This document shows, piece after piece, positions 1 to 18,119 of a DNA stretch of 64,000 nt. Under the pieces are notes generated by a model. That model was given only the letters and a program-made list of their open reading frames with translations, did not search any database and was not told the DNA's origin. Position numbers and translations under genes: made by a program. The first letter of the stretch is position 1, and every line of letters begins with the position of its first letter. Source of the DNA: Amoebidium appalachense (taxonomy: Eukaryota > Protista > Ichthyosporea); contig CAVNZM010000014.1 of NCBI GenBank assembly GCA_963693365.1, positions 496,001 through 560,000 of the forward strand. Reading direction: 5' to 3'.

Positions 1-72
1 TGAAGGAAATTCAAAGAGGGTGCAAAGATTCGTATTGGGGGAGATGTGTGTAGATGTGTGCGTGTATGTGCC

Positions 73-134
<62 letters not shown>

Positions 135-192
135 TGTGAGTGTGTGTGTGTGTGTGTTTTGTGTGTGTGTGTGTGTGACACTGTTTGTGTGT

Positions 193-239
<47 letters not shown>

Positions 240-312
240 CGCGTTTTAACAGCGGTAAATTTCCGTATCTCATAATATATCCCTCTACACACACGCACAC
301 ACAAACGCGTGC

Positions 313-391
<79 letters not shown>

Positions 392-614
392 CACACACAC
401 ACACATACACACACACACCTCTGGGGTAGTTGAGGGCCAGTATGCCCCGCCTGCGCACCCTCCCTCCCACTTCACCCCTTCCCCTTCCCCTTCCCCCCCC
501 CCTTCCCCTCCCGGAGGTTTTATACTGGGGTGGGGCGTGTTGGTAGTTTTTCTGTTGAAGGCATGCACCACGCGTGCACGCATGCACACACATTATGTAT
601 AATTCACACACACA

Positions 615-645
<31 letters not shown>

Positions 646-2743
646 GCGCGCGCGCGCGCGCGCACACACACACGCACGCACACACACGCACGCACGCACG
701 CACGCACACACGCACACACACACACGCACAAGCACGCACACGCACACACACACACACACACACACGCTTACACACACACACACACACACATGTACACACA
801 CACACAGACACACACAGGCTCACAGGCACACGCACACGCGCAGTGTCGCACACACACGTACACAAGCACCTACACACGCACGCATGCACACACACATGTG
901 TACACACACACACACACACACACACGCATGCACCCACACACGCACGCACGCACGCACACACACACACAAACACACAGAAACACACAGAAACACACAGGCC
1001 TGCCGCAACCGCTCCATGCAAGCTTTTGACAACGGGAGAGATTGATTACATACATCAGTACATCAGTACAGATTCTATAGAGAGCATACGCCAAGCAGCG
1101 GCACCAGTCAGATCCTGAGCAGCACGTGAGAAACCTCCGAAACTCTCACAATAATTTCAAGGCATGTCTATCGTTTCTGTATCCCAAAGCCTTTTCAGGT
1201 TCCGAATCGTGTAAAACGGAACACAAGGCTCCCCTGTTTTCTTAAATATCACTGTCAGGTTCGAATTCATGATCACGTAAGACCTAACGAACGTGAGGCT
1301 TTTGTCATGAGTGTTCAAGAGGCGAGCTCCACAGCCTCTTCAAAGAGAAAATGGGCCAGTTTCACGTACATATTCACGTACATAATGGGCACCTTACGTG
1401 CGTGGGCACAACATGTATGTGTATATGTGTCATAAGTACATGGGACATGACGTCCACGGCCCACATGATGTGCGTGCCCCTACCCCGCACGGCGCACATG
1501 ATGTGCGTACAGTCTATTCGATCATGGGCACATGCATGATCAGTCAGGCATGCACATGATGCACATGTGTCCATGTACACATACTTTCTATTTTGTGATT
1601 TCATCTTTGTGTTAACATGAATATCAGGTAAGCAAAAACTTCTTATATGTACGGCACGGAAACATGGCATGCGCAAAGGTGAATGCCTATCAAAACCTGT
1701 AAGTGACACACTTCTTCGAGACTGTGCGTGTTGCGCGCGGTGCACGCGCTGCGCCCGTGTCAGCGGCCAGTGTGCGGCTGTATACAACAGATCTACAAGA
1801 TCAAAGTTTTGAAGATTCTCTGGCAAATCTCTCAATGATTGGCCCAGGAGATCTAGATCTAGATCCTCTGCTCTGACGTCAGACTCATGATCAGCTCCTG
1901 CCTGTCCGTGCCTGAGCGGCGGAGCTCCGAGCGCGTCCGTGCACGTGGGACCGTCACGGAGTACTACACTGAGTAGCCTACGCGCTTGCGTGCCCCGGGT
2001 GCGCGTGTGGATGTATACATGTACGTGGCGACTCAGGCTGACTCAGGCCTAGGCCTATTTGTAAAATTTTAGGCCTGTGCCGTTTGGCGGGTATGCATGC
2101 ATGGGTGACTGCTTGGGCAGAGTCAGCTGCTATGTCACTGAAGTTGCATGAAGACTAACCTGTTTGTGTGTATGTGTTTGTGCACATGTATGCGTGGTGC
2201 GTGCAAGTGTACATGACGTGCGCGTGCTTGTGATGTGTATGTGAACGTTCATGCGTTATGCCACTGTCACTAGTACTGTGTGACTGTTTACAGGTGTTTG
2301 TGCGTGTACGTGTGCGTGCCAAAGGCTTCAGACCCGTAAGGCCTGCCCCCGCCAGGGGGCACGCAGAACCAAGAATTGGCTAGTAGATCATGTGGAGGGG
2401 TTTGCGCCAGTTGAGCGTTGGAATGTGTCGGATTACGTGATTCGGTAACAGTTGTCTCACTGCTGGTTCAAACGATTGGGTGCCTATTTGCTTCTGTCCT
2501 TTCAAGCCAGCTGTTATGAGAGACTCATTGTGAGTGATGGCGTATGAACAGAACAAGAAAATGGGTGTTAAGACACTGAAAATAACTATTACATGCTCTT
2601 TTTCGGTCTTCTTGCTTGGTGCTAAAAAAATTACACTGGTAATGGTGAACCGTGGGCCCGTGATCCGGGGCAAAAATTTCAATCGTGATTACACATCAAC
2701 GATTGGCTCTAGGGCAGGCATCCGGTTCTGTTCATTACAAGAT

Positions 2744-2755
2744 TTTCGAGCCCTG
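2744..2755. mobile_element. Possible right TIR of a hAT-like element whose left end lies upstream of the window
   Basis: TTTCGAGCCCTG (reverse complement CAGGGCTCGAAA) matches the TIR CAGGGTTCGAAG of the 40988-43062 element at 10/12 positions. No partner TIR or TSD is visible. Confidence 0.3.
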
Positions 2756-3128
2756 ACTCCAGGGCGAGACTACCATTTTAGGCAACAGAGTTTTTTTTTC
2801 CCCGCTCAGTTTTGGGATGGTCGTTTTGCACAATCGTAGGCGGACAGAGCAGAAGGTGGTGGTCGCACTAGCTAGATGAGCTAGTTGATTTCAAGTAAAT
2901 TAAAGCGTAGAAAGACAAGAGAAAACTAATTTTAGTGGAAGGCCGTTTAGTTGCCGATCGGGGTTTCTTGTTTTTTCTTTTTTCTTTCCCCCCCCATTTT
3001 GAGCAGTTGTGACCTGTGTTGCGACAACTCCGTCGCATAGGTGAATAGGACTAACTTTTTACTGGCTTTACTGTCAAACTTTCATTCCTAGAAAGTTATT
3101 ATCGACGCTTCCTTACTTTAATCTCACC

Positions 3129-9031
<5,903 letters not shown>

Positions 9032-10412
9032 ACGTGTACGTGTGTGTGTACGTGTGGGTGGGTGGGTGGGTGGGTGGGTGGGTGGGTGGGGGTGGGGGGG
9101 GAGGTGGGGGGGGGGGGGGGGGGGGGGGTTGCCTGGAGTGGGTTTAGGGGGGGTCGATGTGGCAAGGGAGGCGGGAGTGGAGAAAGGAGAAGGAAGGTCC
9201 ACGGTTTATGGCGATGTGTGTACGACATGAAATAGGGTTACGCAAGGCATATAGACCGGTCTGTGGTGTGGGAATTGTGTTCTGTAATACATGCCCTGGG
9301 TACTCAATCGGGGATTCTAAAACGGAGCAGTATTTTACCTGTGCGTTTTTTTATTTTTCTCTCTCGTTCGAAATACTAACGAAGAAGAGAGTACGTGGCT
9401 TCCCCTAGTTTTTCTCTTCGAATTTTTTTATGGGGGTTCTTTTCGTTTTTGGAGGAGGGGGATTCTATTCTTCGTAGGGTTAAAAAGATTTCTTATGGCC
9501 AGTATTTTTCCTGACAATGTGCCTTAGTATAATTATCCTGTGCCACGTTCAAAGCCTTTTCACACCCGCCTAGATTTGGGTGGAGTATACACATTAAGCC
9601 CGTGCTATGCATACATAACAGGTCATTGTATTTAATTACTTGGGTGCTACTGTGTGCACGAGCTAAGGTCTGTCTTTTGGGGCGAACCCTTTATGTTATC
9701 TCCCCAAATCATCTCGATTTTAGAAAAAAAAAAATATGTGTGTCGACCAACCATGTAATGGAAACACAAGGACCCACTCACGGTGCACACAGACGCACGA
9801 TGCTAAAACATTGCCACTCTTGCACACACACTCAGTCTGTCATGCACATTGCACGCAATGCATGCACTTGGGCATACGGTGTTTGTGTGCATCATAGTAG
9901 TAGTGCCCACCCCCATCCACCTGGTAACAGCCATAGCTGGACATAGCACACGCGCACACAAACTACAATTGGGTGACCAGGTCTGCCTGGCAGGGAAAAT
10001 AGGGGAGGGTATATATACGTACCCCCCCCACCCTCCCCCCTCCCCCCCCCCCTCCCCCCCCTCCCCCCCTCCCCCCCCCCCCCCCCGCCGCGGCCCCATC
10101 GATCGATATCCTCCCTCGATCCTCAACGGCGCGCCCAGTCACCCACCAAGTGCACTCAACCACCATCCACAGGCATTGCTCCTGCTTTCTTGAATGGTGG
10201 GGGGGCTTGAAGTTCCCCTCCCCACCTCTCCCCCGTGCACCCTGCTACCCACACACGTATATGCACGCACACACCTGTCAGTTAGTCATGCACACATGTA
10301 CACTCACAAATACACACACACACACATTCACACAAACACATGCATGCACACAGTGTGACCGAGCTAAACACAACAAAGTACACACACGTGCACAAACACA
10401 AACACCCACATA

Positions 10413-10470
<58 letters not shown>

Positions 10471-10535
10471 TGCACACACACACATGTGTGATATGTGTGT
10501 CTTTTTATTCTTTGTGTGCGTGTATAATATTTTTG

Positions 10536-10587
<52 letters not shown>

Positions 10588-10610
10588 TGTGTGTGTGCGT
10601 GTGTGCGTGT

Positions 10611-10643
<33 letters not shown>

Positions 10644-10670
10644 CGTGTGCGCGCGTGTGTGTCGCGCGCG

Positions 10671-10718
<48 letters not shown>

Positions 10719-11309
10719 GTTTCCGGAGGCAATGGCAAACAGGGATGGGGTGAAGGTGTGTGGGTGGGTGGGTGGGGGGAGATGGAAGGGGGAGGGGGGA
10801 GTGGTTGACCGGGAGAACGACATTCTGAAGCGCTTCCGTAGACACAGACTTGTTTTTTTTTTTTTTTTTTGTTGTCGTTGTTTTTATTCAGCTTACTGTA
10901 CATGTTCACATCTTTTTTCCCCTTTGCCATTTATTTATAACCATACAAGCAATGTAGATTTTGGTGTTGCACTGAGGCACACCATCACGCTGCACTATAT
11001 GAAACTACTGATGATAAACCAATCCACTCACACAACCTACACAGACAGATTGCGACCAGAATTGTACTACTAATATCAAAAGGACATCAACACAAAAACA
11101 CAGAGTACCTAACTCTGACAAGCTACCACTACCCTAGACTAATCAAACATCGGCTATCACCAGCTACAACCACGATAGATAGTAGCCTTTTTCTACACCC
11201 AAACACGGCGTTGCGCCAAAACACAAACCTGCAACTAAATACTTGCTCGTTTCCAATTGCAAGATATCATGCACACAGTACTACCCTGTCCATAGCAAAC
11301 TCCATGCAG

Positions 11310-12530
11310 CTATCCATAAATCTCGAGCAGTGCAGGCACGATAGCATCCATATCGCCCCCATGGCGGTAGATTGCCCTCCGATTGGCCCGGCTGTCACCA
11401 AACCCCATGGCATGCAGCGCACTGTCCATATCGGACACAACAACAGCAGGCAGACGAGCCCAGGGAGGAATGAAGGAGGGAACCTCCTCCTCGTTGCTGG
11501 TGCTCGAAGATGCACCCTGCTCGTTCACCCTCTCCTTCCCCTTGCCGTTATCAGTGGTGGCGTTTTCAGTTTTGTTGTCCGTGTTGGTGTTATCTTCGGT
11601 CGGGTTAGCAGGGCAGCCGCGACGACGGGGGCAGTGAGAAGGGCGCCGGCCACCCCTCATAGGGCACCCACCCATACCGGCACCACGGAGAAGGAAGTGA
11701 AGAGGATGCATGGAGCCGGGGTGACCGCGGGCCCAGGGAGGGAACATCATGAAGGCCGGCATGCCAGGGGGCAGAGGCTGGCGGATCTTAATGAGCACGT
11801 GGGTGGGGTCGTGGGTGTTTGCCTCCTCGCACATGCTGCACAGGTCATAGTCGAAACACTCGCTGCACTTGTAGCGTGGCCCTGTAATGGGGCTGGCACC
11901 GCACCCGTCACATGTGATGTGCACGTGCACGCTGTGTGTCTCATCACCACTGGTAGCCGTGTTGTTGTCTTCAGCCTTGGGTGCATTCTCCTCCGACGTG
12001 GTGGTGGTGGCTGGCCCCTGTGCTGTGTTTTCTTCGCTAGGGCCGGCACCGGCAGGACCCTCGCACGAAATGATGTCGGCGGCTACGGGGGTGGGCTCAG
12101 GCTCGGTCCTTGGCTCCTCAGGAACGGCGGCAGGCGGCTGCATGCGGAAGAGAGTGCACTTGAACACCTTTGGGGGAGCAGCCGGGGCCTCCGTTTCTTC
12201 GGTGGTGGGGGCAGGGGGGGCAGGAGGAGCGGAAACTTCGGCAGGAGCAGGGGTGGAAACAGGGACAGGGGTCAGAAGACGAGCGGTGGGCTTGCTGCGT
12301 GCAGGGAGAACGTGGATGCGCAGGCCGGAAGGGGAGGCGGCAAGTGCATCCAGGAAATCAGACTCGGAGGTAAGGGTCACTTGGTCTCCATCCGTGTCCG
12401 TGTACTTGAGCGTGTAGCCCTCCTCCCCACGAAGCTCCCCGGCCTTGTCAAGGATGTTGGCCCAGTCGGCCTCGCCGCTGCGCAGGCGGTAGATGTCGCC
12501 GTTGTAGACAATCTTGATAGCGGGCGCCAT
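11310..12530 (-). CDS. SQSTM1: p62/SQSTM1/NBR1-like selective autophagy receptor (PB1-ZZ-UBA), single exon, 406 aa
   Basis: ATG at 12530 (MAPAIKIVYNGDIYR). PB1 acidic motif YTDTDGDQVTL; ZZ finger CDGCGASPITGPRYKCSECFDYDLCSMCE..H; C-terminal UBA-like LHAMGFGDSRANRRAIYRHGGDMDAIVPALL. An upstream in-frame ATG at 12611 is possible but falls in promoter-like sequence. Confidence 0.85.
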   Translation of the reverse strand: MAPAIKIVYNGDIYRLRSGEADWANILDKAGELRGEEGYTLKYTDTDGDQVTLTSESDFLDALAASPSGLRIHVLPARSKPTARLLTPVPVSTPAPAEVSAPPAPPAPTTEETEAPAAPPKVFKCTLFRMQPPAAVPEEPRTEPEPTPVAADIISCEGPAGAGPSEENTAQGPATTTTSEENAPKAEDNNTATSGDETHSVHVHITCDGCGASPITGPRYKCSECFDYDLCSMCEEANTHDPTHVLIKIRQPLPPGMPAFMMFPPWARGHPGSMHPLHFLLRGAGMGGCPMRGGRRPSHCPRRRGCPANPTEDNTNTDNKTENATTDNGKGKERVNEQGASSSTSNEEEVPSFIPPWARLPAVVVSDMDSALHAMGFGDSRANRRAIYRHGGDMDAIVPALLEIYG

Positions 12531-12614
12531 ATTGCTGTTTTGAGAGGGTTTGTGGTTTTGATGTTTGCAGGTTGAAACTTGAGAGAACTGATAATAGGAT
12601 GGGTTGCGCATCGG

Positions 12615-13030
12615 ATCTTATACTTTTTGGGTCTTGGACGAACCAATCAAACTGTGTACGTGTAAACCAATCAAAATTGCTTTGCATCTGGAAAGTATGT
12701 AGCCAAATCGGATCTGTCCAAGATTGCTGTCGTCAGCGGAAACAGTACACCCGTCAAAACCCGCTCTCAGCGTCTCATAAACACAACAAATCATAAGTAT
12801 TTTCATAGTATAGTTTGTTTTATACTACATTTGCGTCAATAATGATGGATTACATAGTATACTTGCTGGCTTTGCAAGGTGGAAAAACATCGTTCATCCC
12901 GTTCCTGGTCCTTCGGGAATTCACATTCTTAGCCTGCTGTGATTGGCTGTCAAACATTCGAAAATGGTCTGCACTGATTGGTGTACTCTGCACCCATTGG
13001 AATGTTGCTTTTTCGCGAACAGTGACGTCA
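12615..13030 (-). promoter_or_regulatory. Putative promoter of the p62-like gene (TATA-like, CCAAT boxes, CRE palindrome)
   Basis: TATAAG on the minus strand near 12620; CCAATCA near 12643 and 12667; GATTGG at 12941 and 12976; TGACGTCA at 13023-13030. Confidence 0.45.
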
Positions 13031-13062
13031 TCAAATTGACCTTCCTCCCGGATCTTGAATAG

Positions 13063-13338
13063 TGTACGTTTCATATCCACAGCAGATGAAAGATGTTTCA
13101 CGGATCACTTCGGGCGCAGGCAGCCGGGCGGCCCATGACGTCACGGGCCGCGGCGCCAGGCGCAGCCGCAGCGGCGGCTGACATCGGTCTGGCGCAGCGC
13201 CTGACGTCAGGCGCCACCAGCGCCGGTATTTCCGGCGCAGCACACTGCAGATGCAGGCCACCTTCGTTTTCGCCGTGTGCTGCACGTACGGTTTTTGTTA
13301 GCACGATTGCGTTTTCGGTGGCTAGCACACGGCGGCTC
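13063..13338 (+). repeat. Split direct repeat A1
   Basis: TGTACGTTTCATAT...GCACACGGCGGCTC, repeated at 18261-18536. Confidence 0.95.
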
Positions 13339-13342
13339 AAGT

Positions 13343-13415
13343 ATGGAAGTAGACCCAACAGACAATGGCCCTGCAGCACAGGCAGGGCAGGAGGCGCGCC
13401 CTCCTGTGCAGGACG

Positions 13416-13496
<81 letters not shown>

Positions 13497-14557
13497 TTGC
13501 CCTGACCCCTGAGCTGGCAGCGACCATTCGCATGTTTGCTTCTGAGGTGGCCAACGCGACCCGTCAGGCCCTGCAGGCCAGCCCGGCCCCCCCTTCCCAG
13601 CAAGATCTTCTCCTGCGCGCCTTCCCCCACCTCGTCAACCTTGGCGGGGGCGGAACCGGTAGGAACCCCCCTGTCACGGGGCCCCCTGCCGCTGCGGCGG
13701 GGGCCGTGGATGCTGTAGAGCAACCCCCCGGCAACGCCAACAAGCGCCCCCGTGAGGAGGACCCTCAGGGCGGCGACATGCACCAGCTGCCTCCGCCGCC
13801 CAATGCCCTGCAACTGGCCGTTTGGGGGGCCAGCCAGCGCAGCCAGTCGAACCCACCCTGCCCCCACCTGTCCCCGGAGGTCCGGGGGGCTGCCATCTTC
13901 GAGCCTATGCAGCATTTCGCTTTACTCGACCTGCTGCCGCCCACGGGCTCTTCTGTCCACACGCAGCGCCAGCCGGTTTCCCTGCCTGGCCTGCCTGCTG
14001 GCACGGTTGTGCTGCAGACGCCTGGCACCCAGCGCCAGCCCGCCCTGTGCCCGGACCTGCAGACCTACCTGCGCTGCATCTTGCAGCTGCTACGCCTACG
14101 CATCAACGCCGACGCCCCCGTCACGGCCCTGCTGGCCCACGCCGAGTTTGTGGCCACTGAGTTGGCACCCGAGTACCAGTGGGCTGCCATCATGCGCTGG
14201 GAGGATGCACACCGCCGGTCGTGCGCTGCCTCTGGCCGCCCACTCGACGCACCCGACGCTGTGCAGCTGGCCGTGTCCCTGTCTGGTGCCCGCCTGCACC
14301 AGGCACCCACCGCTCCCCGCACACCCCGGCAGCCTGCCTCTGGGGGGGCCACAGCCAGCCCTCGCGCCAGCCCGGCCCCTGCTGCGGATGAGATATGCCG
14401 GGGCTTCAACACGGCCAAGGGCTGCACCAGGAAGAGACCCAACCCTTGCCGCTACAAGCACGCCTGCCTGAAGTGCGGCTCAGCGGCGCACGGCGCACAC
14501 GCCTGCCCTCCCAACCCAGCCAACGGGGCGGGGGAAGGGGGGGCCAACCCGGCTTAG
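13343..14557 (+). CDS. Gag-like ORF1 of the YR retrotransposon, with a Q25 tract and C-terminal Cys/His zinc fingers
   Basis: ATG 4 nt after repeat A1. (CAG)25 at 13418-13492; YQWAAIMRWE..R helix; CRGFNTAKGC..CRYKHACLKCGSAAHGAHAC (C3H plus CCHC-type). Confidence 0.8.
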
Positions 14558-16276
14558 GGGGCCCAGCCCCCTTTCGGGCAGGGGCTGACGTCCGCGCTGG
14601 GCCTGCCCTCTCCGTTGCCCTGCGGGGGCCATGGTCGCCCCCCCCAGCGGCACCACCACAGACCGTATCTGTCCCCAACTTCCGCCGTTTGTTTGAGTTG
14701 TTTCCGCACCCCGACAGCGCGTTTCAGCAGGCTCTGCTCCGCGACTTAGAGCTGGGCTTCTCGGTCGGTTACTTCGGCGAGCGGGTCACCCGGGTGGGCC
14801 GAAACCACCCGTCCGCGCTGGCGGCCCGTGAGCAGCTTGCAGCCGACATTGCGAAGGAAGTGGCATGCGGCCACATCCTGGGCCCCTTCACCCGCGACGA
14901 GATGGTGGCCCTTTATCCTTATTTTGTATCCTCGCCCCTCGGGGCAGTTCCCAAAAAGGGCGGCACGGGCGTCCGCCGCATCCACGACCTTTCCTTCCCG
15001 CGTGGCTCCAGTATCAACGATGGGGTCGATTACCCGGATCAGCTGGAGTACATCACCATCCGCACGGTGATGCAAACAGTAGCTCGGCTCGGCCAGGGCT
15101 GCTTCCTCGGGGCATACGACGTGAAGGGTGCCTTTCGTCACGGCCCGGTGCACCCAGACGACCAGCCACTGCTGTCGTTCCAGCTGCTAGGCGCGTTCTA
15201 TGTGGAGACCCGCCTACCGTTTGGCTTGCGGTCCAGCCCAGCGTTCTGGGAACGCATAGCTCAGGCCCTGCAGCACTTCGCCCACGCCCTCAACGCCACA
15301 GAGACACAGCATTTTGTGGACGACTTCTTTTTCGGCGGCCGTACGCTGCAAGAGTGCGCCTTCAACATGCTGGTGTTTCGGTGGGTGTGCTCGAAGGTGG
15401 GTGTTACGCTTGCCGACGACAAAGTGCAGCTGCCCTCACACACGCTCATCTACTCTGGGCTCGAGTGGGACACTCTGCGCATGGAGGCCCGCTTACCTGC
15501 CGTCAAGCTGACCGAGCTCCGGGCCCTGCTAGCCGATTGGCGGAGTCGCACCAAGGCCACTGTTCGAGACCTACGGTCCCTGTGCGGCAAGCTCATGTGG
15601 TGTGCTCAGGTTGTGGCGCTGGGGCGTGCCCGTGCCTTTCTTCAACGCTTGCTTCATCTGCTGGCGGAGGCTGAGAGGGCCGGCCTAGGGCCCCACCACC
15701 ACATCCGTGTCTGCGCCGACGCACGAGCCGACGTTGTGCTGTGGTCGGAGTTCCTCCCCGAGTGGAACGGCATACGTGTGCTTACCCCCCCCCGTGCATC
15801 ACATGTTCACCACAGATGCGGCCGGCAGCATAGGATGCGGTGGCTACTGGGGTCAAGCGTGGTTTCACCTAGCATGGACGGACCATTGGCGCACGGTCAT
15901 TGCTGGCGGAGATGTGTGGGCTTCCGTGCTGTTTGAGCTGGCTGGCATTGCCGTGGCCCTGGCCTGTTGGGGTCCCAGCTGTCGCAACAGCCACATACGC
16001 GTGCTCACCGATAACGACGGTGCAGTATCTACGATCGCGTCCCGTCACTCCCCCGTCCCTGCCATTGCCCGGGTGCTGCGTCTCATCACGCTGATGGAAA
16101 TGCGCTACACGGTGCTGGTCTCGGCCAAGCACATCCCTGGCGTGGAAAACTCGATTGCGGATGCCATCTCACGAGCACAGTGGGCCACTTTCGACCGGCT
16201 GCACCCGTGGCACGCACCAGTCCCAACACCCGTGCCTGAGTGGCTAGCGGGGTGGTTTGCTGCCCCTCTCTCGTGA
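14395..16276 (+). CDS. Reverse transcriptase-RNase H (pol) of the YR retrotransposon, interrupted by a +1 frameshift in a C-run near 15785-15793
   Basis: RT motifs SPLGAVPKK, RRIHDLS, YDVKGAFRH, LPFGLRSSP, HFVDDF. RNase H motifs in the next frame: FTTDAAG, FELAGI, LTDNDG, HIPGVENSIADAISR. Overlaps the end of gag by 163 nt. Confidence 0.9.
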
Positions 16277-16916
16277 TGGGGCTGGGCCGAGCCCCCTCCC
16301 CTGTTCCTTTGCCTTCGTATTGGGCTTGGCGTGTGGGCTGTGGGGGGCACCGACACCCCCCCTTCCCCCCTTCCCACTTTGTATATCGCACGAGTCATGT
16401 TCTGCAGTGGCGGCCGGGGCCGGCACCCCCCCACTACACGAAGTCGCTCGGATTCCCTCACTCACCCGGTGGAGTGTTTGGGACAATACATTACGGTCTT
16501 ACGGTGTACACACGGTGTGCCTCTTTGTTCCGTGCTGGCCCGCAGTGCCCACTGCTTGTGGCGTGTCCTGCCCCCCCCCCCCCCCCCCCCCCCCCTCCCT
16601 TCCATCCCCCAACCCCCCCAACCCCACCCTGCCACCCCTCCACCCGCCCCTTCGATCGTGCATGCTTAACCTCGGTGTTACACACACATGCTCATACACA
16701 CCCACACACTAGCGCACACACACGCACGCCTACACCGCGGCTTGTGCGCGCATACCCCCCCCTCCCCCTTCCCCCGCCCTCCCTGCCAGCGCTGCATGCA
16801 TCCTCTGCCCTTTAGCTACGCCCCCCCCCCCCCCCCCCCCCCCCCCAACACTCCCCCCCCCTTGTTTGCCTGCCTGTGCACCCGCTTGCCTGCCGCCCAC
16901 CCCGCTCGTTGCCTTT

Positions 16917-16949
<33 letters not shown>

Positions 16950-16991
16950 TGGGACTCTAGGCATGATGCTCACACAGCTCTGTCCCTGCAG

Positions 16992-18109
16992 GTGGCTTGC
17001 TCCCCTTTGGTGGCGACCATGGTAGGCTTGCCCAGTGGTTCACCCCCGAGGTTTTGGCCCGTGTCCCGGAGGTGGCCCGCACCATCACTCGGCTGTCAGT
17101 GGGCGACAGCACGGAGTCCTCCTACTCGTCCTACCAGCGCCAGTTTATCGACTTCATCTACGCAATGGACTGCCGCAATCCTGATGGTGGCTACCTGCCA
17201 GCCTGCCCAGCCCAAGTGCAGCTGTTCCTTGCCTGGTGCGCCATGCGTGCGGTGCAAGCCCGGACCATGCCCAGCATCGTCTCCGCCGTCAACAGCCTGC
17301 ACCGCAGCTTGGGCATGGCACCACCAGCGGGCTCCGGCCAGCAGAGCCTTCAGTGGTTTATCCGCGGGGCTGGCCGCTTCCTGCTGCTGGAAGGCAGCCA
17401 CCGGCCCAAACGAGTGCTCGAGCCCCTCCTCCCAGCCGACCTCCGCGCCCTCCTCCCAGTCATCCAACCGGGCTCTTCATTGGAGGCCCTGCGTCTGTGG
17501 GCTGCCCTGCTGCTTGGCAGCTCGTGCCTCCTGCGCTCGGGCGAGTTCACGTCCAAATCTGCGGCCAAGTTCAACCCCCTCCTTCACGCCAAGCGTCGCG
17601 ACGTCCAGCTCCTATGGCAGGATGGCCGCCTGATTGGGGCAACAGTCTTCCTGCCGACATCTAAGACCGACCCCACGGGCAAGGGTGTTACCATCCGGGT
17701 GCCCGCCTTCCCGGAGGAGCCTTCCTTCTGCCCAGCAGCCAATCTAGCCCTCTTCCTGGGGGTCTCGTAAACCAGGGCAGGCATCCACCCAGATGCACCC
17801 CTGTTCAGCGTCGACGGCAGCCCTTACCTCAAGAGCACCTTCATCGCCGGTTTCCGCACAGCTCTACACCATGCGGGCTACGACCCCGACCGGTACGCCG
17901 GCCACAGCCTGCGCATAGGGGGGGCCACTGCAGCTGAGAGAGCGGGCCTACCTGACGCCACCATCAAAGCCCTTGGCCGCTGGGCATCAGACGCATTCAT
18001 GGTCTACATCCGGCTGCCCCACCGCGACGTGCAAGCCTCCATTGCCACCGTCTGGTCACACCAGGGCCTCGCCACGGGACCTTGGGGCGGACCCCCTACA
18101 TCGCAGTAG
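16992..18109 (+). CDS. Tyrosine recombinase of the element, with one in-frame TAA at 17768-17770
   Basis: LLRSGEF and SKTDP precede the stop. The same frame continues after it with YAGHSLRIGGATAA..LGRWASDAFMVYIR (HxxR, W and catalytic Y) to TAG at 18107-18109. No in-frame ATG until 17165; preceded by CCCTGCAG. Confidence 0.88.
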
Positions 18110-18119
18110 GGGGGCCTTG

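Noticed and set aside
1-1100. Long HT/CV/RA-rich ORFs here and throughout the window
   Set aside because: Translations of (CA)n, (TG)n, (CG)n, (CT)n and G/C runs, which contain no stop codons.
9470-9483. piggyBac-like end AGGG-TTAA (and TTAACCCC at 38801 and 38829)
   Set aside because: No matching partner TIR found; the motif is too short to be significant.
11211-12575. 454-aa plus-strand ORF antisense to the p62-like gene
   Set aside because: Starts at TTG, has no recognisable motif and nearly coincides with a GC-rich real CDS; a typical antisense shadow ORF.
15785-15793. Programmed frameshift between RT and RNase H
   Set aside because: Falls in a C homopolymer, and an equivalent indel disrupts Raptor, so sequencing error or simple slippage is more likely.
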